Below, piece by piece: positions 55,794-64,000 of a stretch of 64,000 nucleotides of DNA. Source of the stretch: Strigamia acuminata (Eukaryota). The notes beneath the pieces were generated by a model. The model saw only the letters and a list, made by a program, of their open reading frames with translations. It searched no databases and was not told where the DNA came from. How positions within the stretch are numbered: position 1 is the stretch's first letter; every line of letters starts with the position of its first letter. The stretch spans positions 26,102,001 through 26,166,000 of the forward strand of contig OX442314.1 in assembly GCA_949358305.1 (NCBI GenBank), given 5' to 3'. Position numbers and translations under genes: made by a program.

Positions 55794-56591
55794 ATTGGAA
55801 CTGATTGTTAAAGTAAAATTTTCTTTTTGATAAATTTTAGGGTTAAAAATTGAAAATTTAGGGGTCAAAATTGCTAATTTTTGAATAATGAGTTTTCTTT
55901 TATGCTATTTTTGGCCAGGGTTGGATTTTAATATGTTAAATCAACTAGTTTCAATCAGTATGGTTCCGAAATTGGAAAATAAATTTGGCAAAAATTCTTC
56001 AACTTTTGGGGTAAAAAGTGTGGTTTAAAAACCAAGTTATTTTGTTGGAATTTCCAAGAAACTGGAATTCCTTTGTGTTATATTTTACCCAGCAGATGCT
56101 CTATTGTCTTGTGAGCTGTTGAGGAATTTGAAAAATATTGAAAGGATTATGAACAGGATACAGCTGCACCTGTTCAAACACCTGTTTGCATGACTCATAG
56201 ATAGTGCATTGGAATTTGGCACAGTTAAGATTTTGTTAAGAATAATTTTTTTTGGATTTTAATTGGGTTAAAATATTTTTGGGAATGCATTTAGAGAGTC
56301 TTTGATTTTTGGAAGTTGAGATTTTGGAGGGAAATTTTAAATTTTGAATAGAATTTTTTTTTTGAATTTTAACTTTGGAATTCTTTTGAATTCTTGATTT
56401 TGTTTGGTGGTTTGGCACAGTATTGGAATAATTTAAGTACAATTCTGTTGTTATAAACTACTGTTTCTATTGGTTGTACTAGCCTTTGTTGCTAAGATAC
56501 CAAAGTAAGTTTAGGCATTTCCTGTGTGCATTTATTGCTAGAAAGAGATTTGATTTCATTTTTTTTCCCAACTTTTGTTCATTCATTCAAC

Positions 56592-57572
56592 ATGGCTGAA
56601 GAGAAGGGAGAAATAACACCTTCAATGATGCAGAGCCTAGTGCCCAAGTTCTCAGGCAATGGGAAAGGTGCCAAGGTAGAAGGCTTCATAAAGAATGCCA
56701 AGGCTGCTGCTAAGCTAGGCAGGTGGAGTGAAAGCTTCACTTGTAGTTTGATGAGATCAAAATTCCACGATGAAGCGAGGGTTTGGGTCGACGAGCATAC
56801 ACTAGCTATGGACTGTGAGATAGTGGCCGACTTGGAGAAGATGTTATTGGCGAGGTTCGGAGTCAGAGAAACAAGACACGCCAAGTTTGATAAGTTTAGC
56901 CAGGCTACCCAAAAGAAAGGGGAGTCGGCTACAACTTTTGCCTCAAGGATCAAGGGGCTTTGGGAACTTTGTTTTGAAGAAGGGGAAAAAGCGGGTGAGC
57001 GCGACGATTTTCAACTGCAGTCGAGGTTCATTGCGGGACTCACTGGTGAACTATCCAAACAAGTCATTTTGGCTGAGGACTTTGACACCTTTGACGAATG
57101 TGTGGCCTGGGCAGCAAAGCAGGAGCTGGGACTCTCATTCTATTCTAGTAGAGGGAACTCAGGGCTTGCTAAGTTGGAATTGGCAAGTGCAACGCCAAAA
57201 CCCAAAACTGAGGAACCGGACAAGCTAGATGGCATTTTGAAGGCAATTAGGGAACTCACAGTAGCAATGCAGCAGAAACAAACTGCACATGTAAGCAATG
57301 TAGGAAATTCTTCTAGTACATGTTTTAAATGCGGGAAAGAGGGTCATTGGAGTAAGGACTGCAAAGTTCAGAAACAAGACTGGAAATGTAGTTCATGTGG
57401 TGGAAAGGGTCATAATAGCTTTAGATGTGCCAACAATGAAAGTAGGCAGCAGAATTTTAAGCCTAGGTATGAGAAAAAGCCATGGACTAGAGGGCCACAC
57501 ATGGAAAAGAAGGGCGACTCAGAGGAAAAAGAAAAGAGTCAGCCAAAACAGGAAGATCCTCCGTTAAAATAG
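56592..57572 (+). CDS. gag: Gag (capsid plus two CCHC zinc knuckles), 326 aa
   Basis: caacATGG start; VPKFSG..., Q..GES...FA.R major-homology-like region, RFIAGL; knuckles CFKCGKEGHWSKDC and CSSCGGKGHNSFRC. Confidence 0.93.
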   Translation: MAEEKGEITPSMMQSLVPKFSGNGKGAKVEGFIKNAKAAAKLGRWSESFTCSLMRSKFHDEARVWVDEHTLAMDCEIVADLEKMLLARFGVRETRHAKFDKFSQATQKKGESATTFASRIKGLWELCFEEGEKAGERDDFQLQSRFIAGLTGELSKQVILAEDFDTFDECVAWAAKQELGLSFYSSRGNSGLAKLELASATPKPKTEEPDKLDGILKAIRELTVAMQQKQTAHVSNVGNSSSTCFKCGKEGHWSKDCKVQKQDWKCSSCGGKGHNSFRCANNESRQQNFKPRYEKKPWTRGPHMEKKGDSEEKEKSQPKQEDPPLK

Positions 57573-57611
57573 AAGGGCAGATGGGACAAGGACCAAGTCC
57601 CATCACAGCCC
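57563..57611 (+). promoter_or_regulatory. Putative -1 programmed ribosomal frameshift signal (G_UUA_AAA plus hairpin)
   Basis: pol is in the -1 frame and open from 57491. The heptamer GTTAAAA directly precedes the gag TAG. After a 5-nt spacer comes GGGC-A-GATGGGAC-(9 nt)-GTCCCATC-ACA-GCCC. Confidence 0.75.
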
Positions 57612-60600
57612 AAATCGTGGTAAAAACGGGTCTAGAGGATTTTGAGAGTTATGGAGTAGAGAAATTGGAAGATGATGACAGTTTGCAACCAGAGGAATGG
57701 CAACAGATTTTTGAGACTTTTGGTTCATCCATAGGGACATTGGTACAGGAGGGGGAAACTGAGATGAACAGAAGGGAAAACACGCCGAATTTACAGGACA
57801 TTCCCCGCCATCTCGACCTCTGTAAAATGGAAAAGGGAGAAGACACGCCTAATGAAGGGGACATTCTCATTCACTGTGATCTCTATGAGGGGGAATTATT
57901 GGAAGCAGAAGTTAACTATTATTCTGAGGTTGTAGATGTCAAGGTGGAAGATTCAGTATTGGGAATAAGTGACACGCCAAAGGGTACACAGGTCACCGAC
58001 TTCTCAGCACAATGGGTCGACCAGCAGATACAGGACGGAGAATTTGAGCGCACTGTTAATTACGATCACATAGTAGACACAACGCAATGGGTTAAGCAGT
58101 GGCCATATTTTCTGCATATGTTTTTCCTGTATAGTGTAGTATTTGCAGTGGTGATTGCTGAACTTTCCGCAGGATTTTTGGTCAGGGTGGGATCCAAGAT
58201 AGGACTCACAGCCAGAAATCTCTGTTTAGTATGGTTTTATTCACTCCAGGGCCTAGTGATGCAAGGGACAAGATTTTTGTCAGCAGCTGGGAAAATGAGG
58301 GAATTAGGGAAGTCACAAGTCAACCATTGGAATACATTGGGAACTAGATTTTGGTTCAAATTAAGGTTTTTAGTCGTAAGGGTAGGGCGACCTTTGGTGC
58401 ATTTCGCAATTGTTAGTCGGAAGGTATCAAGGAAGTTCTATAAAAGGGTGGCTCAGATATTGGGATCCCTAAGCACAGGAAGTGCAACGACATTGAGGCT
58501 TTTAGTCGTAAGAGTTGGACGAGCTTTGGTGCAATTCGCAATTGTAAGTCGGAAGGTATCAGGGAAGTTCTATAACAGGGTGGCTCAGATATTGGGATCC
58601 CTAAGCACAGGAAGTGCAACGACTTTAAAGTTTTTGGTCAAAAGAATGGGACAAACTTGGAAGCATTTCGCAATTGTAAGTCGGAAGGTGGCAAGGAGGT
58701 TCTATAAAAGGGTGGGACGAACTAGGGTGCATTTCGCAATTGTAAGTCGGAAGGCGTCAAGGGGGTTCTACAAAAAGTTGAAAACTCTAGGTATAGCCAA
58801 TGTTAAGGCAATAAATGGGTGGGTGAGTGGAGTTCAGATAATACACCAGGTTGGTGGGTTAAAGGCCCTGAAGATTAATTCCGGCATTCATCCGTATTGG
58901 ATTTCAACAAGCTTAAAGGAAGTGGGACGAACTGTGGTGCAATTCACAAGACAAAGATGGAGGGCATCAAGGGGGTTCTACAATAGTTGGAAGGATTTAG
59001 GTATGGTCAGTGCAAAGATCTTAGATGAGGGGAAGTACAGAAATCAGATAATACACCAAGTGGGTGGGTTAAAGGCCCTGAAGTACAAGGAGCAGATAAT
59101 ACACCAGGTTGGTGGGTTAAAGGCCCTGCGAATTAGTCCCATTACTCATCTGTATTGGATTGCAGCGAGCATAGGAGAAGTGGAAGTCAAATTGATGATA
59201 GACACAGGAGCCTCTGCTAGCTTGCTAGCTATTGGAGTGTGGCAAGAGTTGCTTAGGAATAATGTAGCCTATGAGGAGGATAAGATCGATTGTGTTTTAG
59301 TGGGTGCAACGGGAGATGACGTACAACTAATTAAAAAAGTCAGGTTACACATCACAGTCGGAGACACAAGCGTTCATCATTGGATTTACATTTACACCAC
59401 CACCACGGAGAACAGAGCAATGTTGAGTGGGATAATGGGGTTGGACTTAATGCAACAATTCAAGGCAAAGATTGACACGGAAACTCACATAATAAATTTT
59501 CCAGACTCAACTATACCTGTACACACATTAGCTAATGTAACATATCGGAGGGGTAAACCTAAAGAAAGTAGTTTTCCCCAAGTGCAAAAGAGTTGCGATG
59601 AGTTCCTGTTGGCACTACAAAATAAAACTAGTGTTGAAGGGGAATTGCCATGGCAACAAATCCCAAGGGAACTGGTATTAAATGTGGAAAATTGGTGGGA
59701 CAACCAAAAAGGGGGCGATTCATTTTTTAATTATATAGAGGAGATGGACTCGCTAATACAGGCTAACCCTTTTAAAATGGGAGAAATAGATGGGTATTCA
59801 ATCACGTCTGTTAACCCACCAAAGACCGCCATTGCAGTAGATAATTTCAAACTGGACCATTTGACAGAATTGAACAAGTTGCTAGTTGAGGAATTAATAA
59901 CTGAATATATTGATGTGTTTGCAATGGACATTTTTGGGTTGGGATGTACGGATAAGATGGAACACCGGATACACCTAACTGATGATGTACCAGTGTGTAA
60001 GCGACCTTACACAGTGCCAGCGGCACAAGTTCAGGTTTTACAAGGATTGATTGATCAATTACTGGAGGCAGGAATTATTGAGCATAGTAATTCACCTTAT
60101 GCAGCACCGTGCATGTTGGTCAATGCACCAGGCAAAGCACCACGCTTGGTAATTGATTATAGAGGGTTAAATGTGAAGATCGTATCAGATCAATATCCAC
60201 TACTGTTGATTGAAATCTTACTGTCACAATTAGGGGACGGGAGGATCTTCTCTTCAATGGATTGTAGCAACGGATTTTGGCAGGTACCCGTAGCAGTGGG
60301 AGATCGAGGCAAAACAGCTTTCATCACTCCTTTTGGGTTGTACCAATGGACAAGGGTACCCATGGGGTTAAAAACCTCACCTGCAGGATTTCAGCGGTTG
60401 TTAAGCAAAACCTTAGATGGTATAAGGAATAGTGGAGTATTTGTAGATGATGTATTGGGGTGGACAGCTATATTTTTAGAGCATCCATCACTATTGCGTC
60501 AGATTTTTCAACGGTTCAGAGAGTCCAAGTTAAAGCTGAAGCCGCCAAAATGTCAATTGGGGGTAACAGAGGTTACATATTTGGGACATGTAATTGGGGA

Positions 60601-62890
60601 AGGAACAATTAGACCGATTGAATCTAAAGTCCAAGCCTTGGAAAAGTGTCGAGCACCAAAGAATGTGCCAGAAGTACGGAGTTATTTGGGGATGACGGGT
60701 TACTATAGACGGTTCATAAAGAATTTTTCAACTATAGCTTCACCCCTTACCAATTTACTCAAGAAGGATACAGTGTTCGACTGGGGAGAAGCCCAACAGT
60801 TAGCCTATGAGACATTAAAAGGACAGCTGATTAAGGGGCCGATCTTGATTTTGCCAGACTGGAAAGAGAAGTTTTTTTTAGAAACAGATGCTAGTGGACA
60901 GGGGTTAGGAGCTATTTTACAACAACAGGTAAATGGTAGAATGCACCCCGTAGCATTTGCGAGTCGGAGGTTAAACAAAGCAGAACAATGTTACCCCGCA
61001 GTGCATTTGGAAGCGATGGGATGTGTGTTCGGTGTAAAGCATTTCACCTACTACTTGATGGGCAGAAAATTTACGCTTATCACGGATCACGCACCTCTCA
61101 CCTTCCTTTTGCAAAACTCGCATGCGAAAGCACAGTTTACTAGATGGAGTATGAAACTCCAAGAATACGACTACGACATTGTATACAAGCCAGGGCCCCA
61201 GAACAAAGCGGATTTTCTATCACGGTTGTTACCACCGGATAGCGAGGGCGAAATGAATAAAGTTAATGTTCTCAACACGAGGGATATGTCATTGATTGAT
61301 TGGTGTCCAGAAAGGATAGCGGAAGCCCAATTGGCTGACCCTAAGTTAGAATTTCTAATTGAAGCCGCTAGAGGCAGGACAGCGCAGTTTAAAAGTAAAT
61401 TTCCGACCTGGGACTCCTATTATTTGACAGATGATGACATGCTTTATTTGGCTAGAAGTATACATGGGGAAGTAATTTCGATTTTAGTCGTGCCAGAAAC
61501 CATGGTACCGGCAGTGCTAGTGCACGAACACAACCGGGAAGGAGCGGGTCATTTTGGCATCGAGAAAATGTTTGAAACTATTAGACAGAAGTACTATTGG
61601 CCGGGCATTTACAAAGACATAAAGCAGCATGTCAAGTCATGTGACCAATGCAATGCAAGAAAGGGACCAACAGCGAAGGCCCCGATTCAGATGTTCCAGC
61701 CAGTGGGAGTACCATTAGAGCGAATGGGTTGTGATATTTTGGGTCCTTTGAAAATAACTGAGAGAGGCAACCAGTTCATTATCGTGGCAGTTGACTATTT
61801 CAGCAAATGGCCAGAAGCCATGCCCCTGAAAGATCAGAGAGCTGAAACAATTGTTGCGGCATTGGATGTAATGCTTATTCAACGTTATGGACCAATGAAA
61901 ACAGTCTTAACAGACCAAGGAACCCCATTTATGTCTGCAGTTTTTAATGATTGGTGCAAAAGTTTGGGTGTAGAGCACGTCAACACCACCTCTTACAGGC
62001 CCCAGTGTAATGGGCAGGTTGAAAGATTCAATGCAACAATAGCTGCTGCATTGTCACATCTTTTGACAGAGGGACACGGGGATTGGGATTTGCAAATTGG
62101 CAAAGTATTGATGGCATATAGATTTGCGGTTCACAAAGTAACAGGGCACACACCAGTGTTTTTGTTTACATCGCGTGATCCATTTGGAACAATAGATATG
62201 TTCACTAGAGATAATTCCAGCTCTGTCAGATACATTGCACACCGCAGTGAGGCAATGCAGAATACATTTGGAAGGGTTAGGAAAGCGTTGAATGATTTTG
62301 CTGAGCACCAGCAATTGCAAAGTTTGTCCAAATCAAGGGATAAACAGATAGAAGTAGGAGATTTGGTTTATCTAAAGCATGTGAGGATCAAGCCAGGTGA
62401 CATAAGAAAATTGGCACAACCACATCAGGGTCCATTCAGGGTAATTACAAAAATCAATGATGTGAATTATCGGATTAGACTGATGGAGGATCCTTCAAAG
62501 GAACAGACAGTTCATGTGGATAGACTAAATAAGATAATGGAGCCAAGGATATATCCATATTTGGAATTTGAAAATGAAGAAGCGGAAGCATCTGGGGAGA
62601 GTGAAATACACTCAGAGTCGGATTCTGATGCCGAATTAAACTGGGAAGAGGAAAGAATTTCCCAGAAGAAATGCGCGAGGCAAACAAAAAGGCCGCATGT
62701 AGAGGAAGAATTAGTCGAAGTAGAGGAAGCACAAGGCAATGAGCAATTGGTCGACATACAGACTCAGCCATTGACTGAAAATAAGTTTGGTGGGGGCAGA
62801 TATCCGCAACGAAATAGGGAACCCACACGACAGTTCAACGAGTATCACTTGACTAAAATATTGTGGAAAATTTTCGGGGAAAAAGAGTAG
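57581..62890 (+). CDS. pol: Pol polyprotein (long N-terminal insert, aspartic protease, RT, RNase H, integrase with GPY/F); probably expressed as Gag-Pol
   Basis: LMIDTGASAS (aa ~541); SPYAAP..RLVIDYRGLN, GFWQVP, KTAFITPFGLYQWTRVPMGL, FVDD, YLGHVI; ETDASGQGLGAIL, ADFLSR; H..GHFG..C..C, D..GP, VDYFSKW, TDQG, NGQVERFN; GPFRV; acidic tail. Confidence 0.97.
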   Translation: MGQGPSPITAQIVVKTGLEDFESYGVEKLEDDDSLQPEEWQQIFETFGSSIGTLVQEGETEMNRRENTPNLQDIPRHLDLCKMEKGEDTPNEGDILIHCDLYEGELLEAEVNYYSEVVDVKVEDSVLGISDTPKGTQVTDFSAQWVDQQIQDGEFERTVNYDHIVDTTQWVKQWPYFLHMFFLYSVVFAVVIAELSAGFLVRVGSKIGLTARNLCLVWFYSLQGLVMQGTRFLSAAGKMRELGKSQVNHWNTLGTRFWFKLRFLVVRVGRPLVHFAIVSRKVSRKFYKRVAQILGSLSTGSATTLRLLVVRVGRALVQFAIVSRKVSGKFYNRVAQILGSLSTGSATTLKFLVKRMGQTWKHFAIVSRKVARRFYKRVGRTRVHFAIVSRKASRGFYKKLKTLGIANVKAINGWVSGVQIIHQVGGLKALKINSGIHPYWISTSLKEVGRTVVQFTRQRWRASRGFYNSWKDLGMVSAKILDEGKYRNQIIHQVGGLKALKYKEQIIHQVGGLKALRISPITHLYWIAASIGEVEVKLMIDTGASASLLAIGVWQELLRNNVAYEEDKIDCVLVGATGDDVQLIKKVRLHITVGDTSVHHWIYIYTTTTENRAMLSGIMGLDLMQQFKAKIDTETHIINFPDSTIPVHTLANVTYRRGKPKESSFPQVQKSCDEFLLALQNKTSVEGELPWQQIPRELVLNVENWWDNQKGGDSFFNYIEEMDSLIQANPFKMGEIDGYSITSVNPPKTAIAVDNFKLDHLTELNKLLVEELITEYIDVFAMDIFGLGCTDKMEHRIHLTDDVPVCKRPYTVPAAQVQVLQGLIDQLLEAGIIEHSNSPYAAPCMLVNAPGKAPRLVIDYRGLNVKIVSDQYPLLLIEILLSQLGDGRIFSSMDCSNGFWQVPVAVGDRGKTAFITPFGLYQWTRVPMGLKTSPAGFQRLLSKTLDGIRNSGVFVDDVLGWTAIFLEHPSLLRQIFQRFRESKLKLKPPKCQLGVTEVTYLGHVIGEGTIRPIESKVQALEKCRAPKNVPEVRSYLGMTGYYRRFIKNFSTIASPLTNLLKKDTVFDWGEAQQLAYETLKGQLIKGPILILPDWKEKFFLETDASGQGLGAILQQQVNGRMHPVAFASRRLNKAEQCYPAVHLEAMGCVFGVKHFTYYLMGRKFTLITDHAPLTFLLQNSHAKAQFTRWSMKLQEYDYDIVYKPGPQNKADFLSRLLPPDSEGEMNKVNVLNTRDMSLIDWCPERIAEAQLADPKLEFLIEAARGRTAQFKSKFPTWDSYYLTDDDMLYLARSIHGEVISILVVPETMVPAVLVHEHNREGAGHFGIEKMFETIRQKYYWPGIYKDIKQHVKSCDQCNARKGPTAKAPIQMFQPVGVPLERMGCDILGPLKITERGNQFIIVAVDYFSKWPEAMPLKDQRAETIVAALDVMLIQRYGPMKTVLTDQGTPFMSAVFNDWCKSLGVEHVNTTSYRPQCNGQVERFNATIAAALSHLLTEGHGDWDLQIGKVLMAYRFAVHKVTGHTPVFLFTSRDPFGTIDMFTRDNSSSVRYIAHRSEAMQNTFGRVRKALNDFAEHQQLQSLSKSRDKQIEVGDLVYLKHVRIKPGDIRKLAQPHQGPFRVITKINDVNYRIRLMEDPSKEQTVHVDRLNKIMEPRIYPYLEFENEEAEASGESEIHSESDSDAELNWEEERISQKKCARQTKRPHVEEELVEVEEAQGNEQLVDIQTQPLTENKFGGGRYPQRNREPTRQFNEYHLTKILWKIFGEKE

Positions 62891-63388
62891 ACAATAGTCC
62901 AAAATTGTTGACTAAGAATTCGGAAAAATTCGGGTGTTATTGAAGAAATTAATTGTGAGGATGGTTTAAAAATTTTTCTCCTCCCTCTCCATTTTTTTTT
63001 TAAAAATTAATTTTGTAATTAGGATTTGGATAACGGATTATATGTGTATAAATCTTTTCGTATAAATAGGAATGAAGTTGTTTTGTCAAATGGGGCGAGA
63101 AAGAATTTTCTCTCCTCCTTGTTGTGTATATGTCTAGAAATACTATTAATCTTGGTATTAATCTTGGTGTTAATTTTAGTGTTAATTTTAGTGTTAATTT
63201 TGTTCTGGTTAATTTTGGTAGAATTATTTAAAACATTAAAGGATTGCAAATTTTTGGCGATTCGAAATATATGGTTGAGCGAGCATTGACGGAGCAACTA
63301 CGGCAAGAATGTCGTAATGATGATAGGAGTTAGGCACGGAAAAGAGTCTTTTTTTTTGTGTATGATTCGATGTAAATTTTATTCGAAT

Positions 63389-63977
63389 TTATTCAGGTTT
63401 GTTTGGGTTAAGGGAATCTACGAGACAGTCGGGGTCTCGGATCGTCATCTGCTGACGAAAATGCTCCACGAGAGCGGCTACGTCGTCATCGGCGGCAATG
63501 CCGGGCGCGCTGCAAAGGGAAAGGTTGGAATTGGTTAAATTCGAGAGAAGGAAAAATTTGATTTGATTCTACTTACGGGTTGGAGCTGATGGCGTGTTCG
63601 ACCTCGATGGCAGAATACATGTTTAGGACAAATCCGGGCGGGTCCACGAGCTCAATGGTCGGGGAGAGCGGGCGGTAAATCTCGGCCAAAACCTCGAGTT
63701 CGTCATCGGACGATAAGTAGCACAATGACGGAAAGAAGGTATATTCAAAGTAGTCGGGGAGCGGCGGCTCTTCCATGCCGGCAGGCAAGCGGATCGGGCC
63801 AGCCGTGAGGCTGTGGCCATCGACACTCACGTCCATATGGTCAATGTCGCGAGGAAGTCGCTCGTTGTCCGACGATTCGTCGTCGGCATCGTAGGTTGTC
63901 GTCTCGTCACGGGCGCCATCGTCGTCGTGGTTTTTGCGGCATTGTCGGTTCAAGTCAAAATCACGGGGAAAAACCAT
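63389..63977 (-). CDS. Antisense two-exon gene of unknown function (exons 63577-63977+ and 63389-63509; at least 173 aa, acidic and Pro-rich)
   Basis: The ORF-track stop lies inside a CC|GTAAGT donor. A 67-nt intron (63510-63576) ends in tttccctttgcag. The spliced frame continues 39 codons (APGIAADDDVAALVEHFRQQMTIRDPDCLVDSLNPNKPE*), then two AATAAA. Both exons are GC-rich and the intron is AT-rich. The frame stays open to the window edge. Confidence 0.75.
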
Positions 63978-64000
63978 TGTTGGTTGGATTGGCGGCGATG

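Larger units (their letters stand above)
54865..64000 (+). mobile_element. Ty3/Gypsy LTR retrotransposon with uninterrupted ORFs (3' LTR not in window)
   Basis: LTR-PBS-gag-pol with domain order PR-RT-RNaseH-IN. No stops in the 5.3-kb pol ORF. No second copy of the LTR start seen before 64000. Confidence 0.95.

Noticed and set aside
57581..57601. MGQGPS as a myristoylated independent start for the pol insert
   Set aside because: Pro follows the Ser (disfavoured), and the ATG is buried in the frameshift hairpin.

Overview
AT-rich animal (probably invertebrate) genomic DNA with short 58-85 nt introns. Positions 1-49 kb look like the long 5' introns of a large minus-strand gene: putative promoter and first exon at ~49.0-49.1 kb, a 16-nt micro-exon at 15.2 kb, an alternative first exon near 1 kb, and the gene body left of the window. 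This stretch is densely filled with nested MITEs (Tc1/pogo-, piggyBac-, hAT- and Harbinger-like), minisatellites and Penelope-like relics carrying minimal hammerhead ribozymes. 49.6-52.6 kb holds a complete 5-exon HCCS gene (holocytochrome c synthase, 268 aa, minus strand). 52.6-54.9 kb is a mosaic block flanked by a direct duplication of the HCCS 5' leader. It contains a decayed tandem Cys-rich exon array and an orphan two-exon fragment of glycogen debranching enzyme (AGL). From ~54.87 kb to the end lies a Ty3/Gypsy LTR retrotransposon with open ORFs: 5' LTR, tRNA-His PBS, Gag with two CCHC knuckles, a -1 frameshift signal, and PR-RT-RH-IN. It has two unusual extras: a ~520-aa acidic/transmembrane/polybasic-repeat insert in front of the protease, and a GC-rich, intron-containing antisense gene downstream of pol. 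The 3' LTR is not in the window. All family assignments are from motif recognition by eye; no searches were run.
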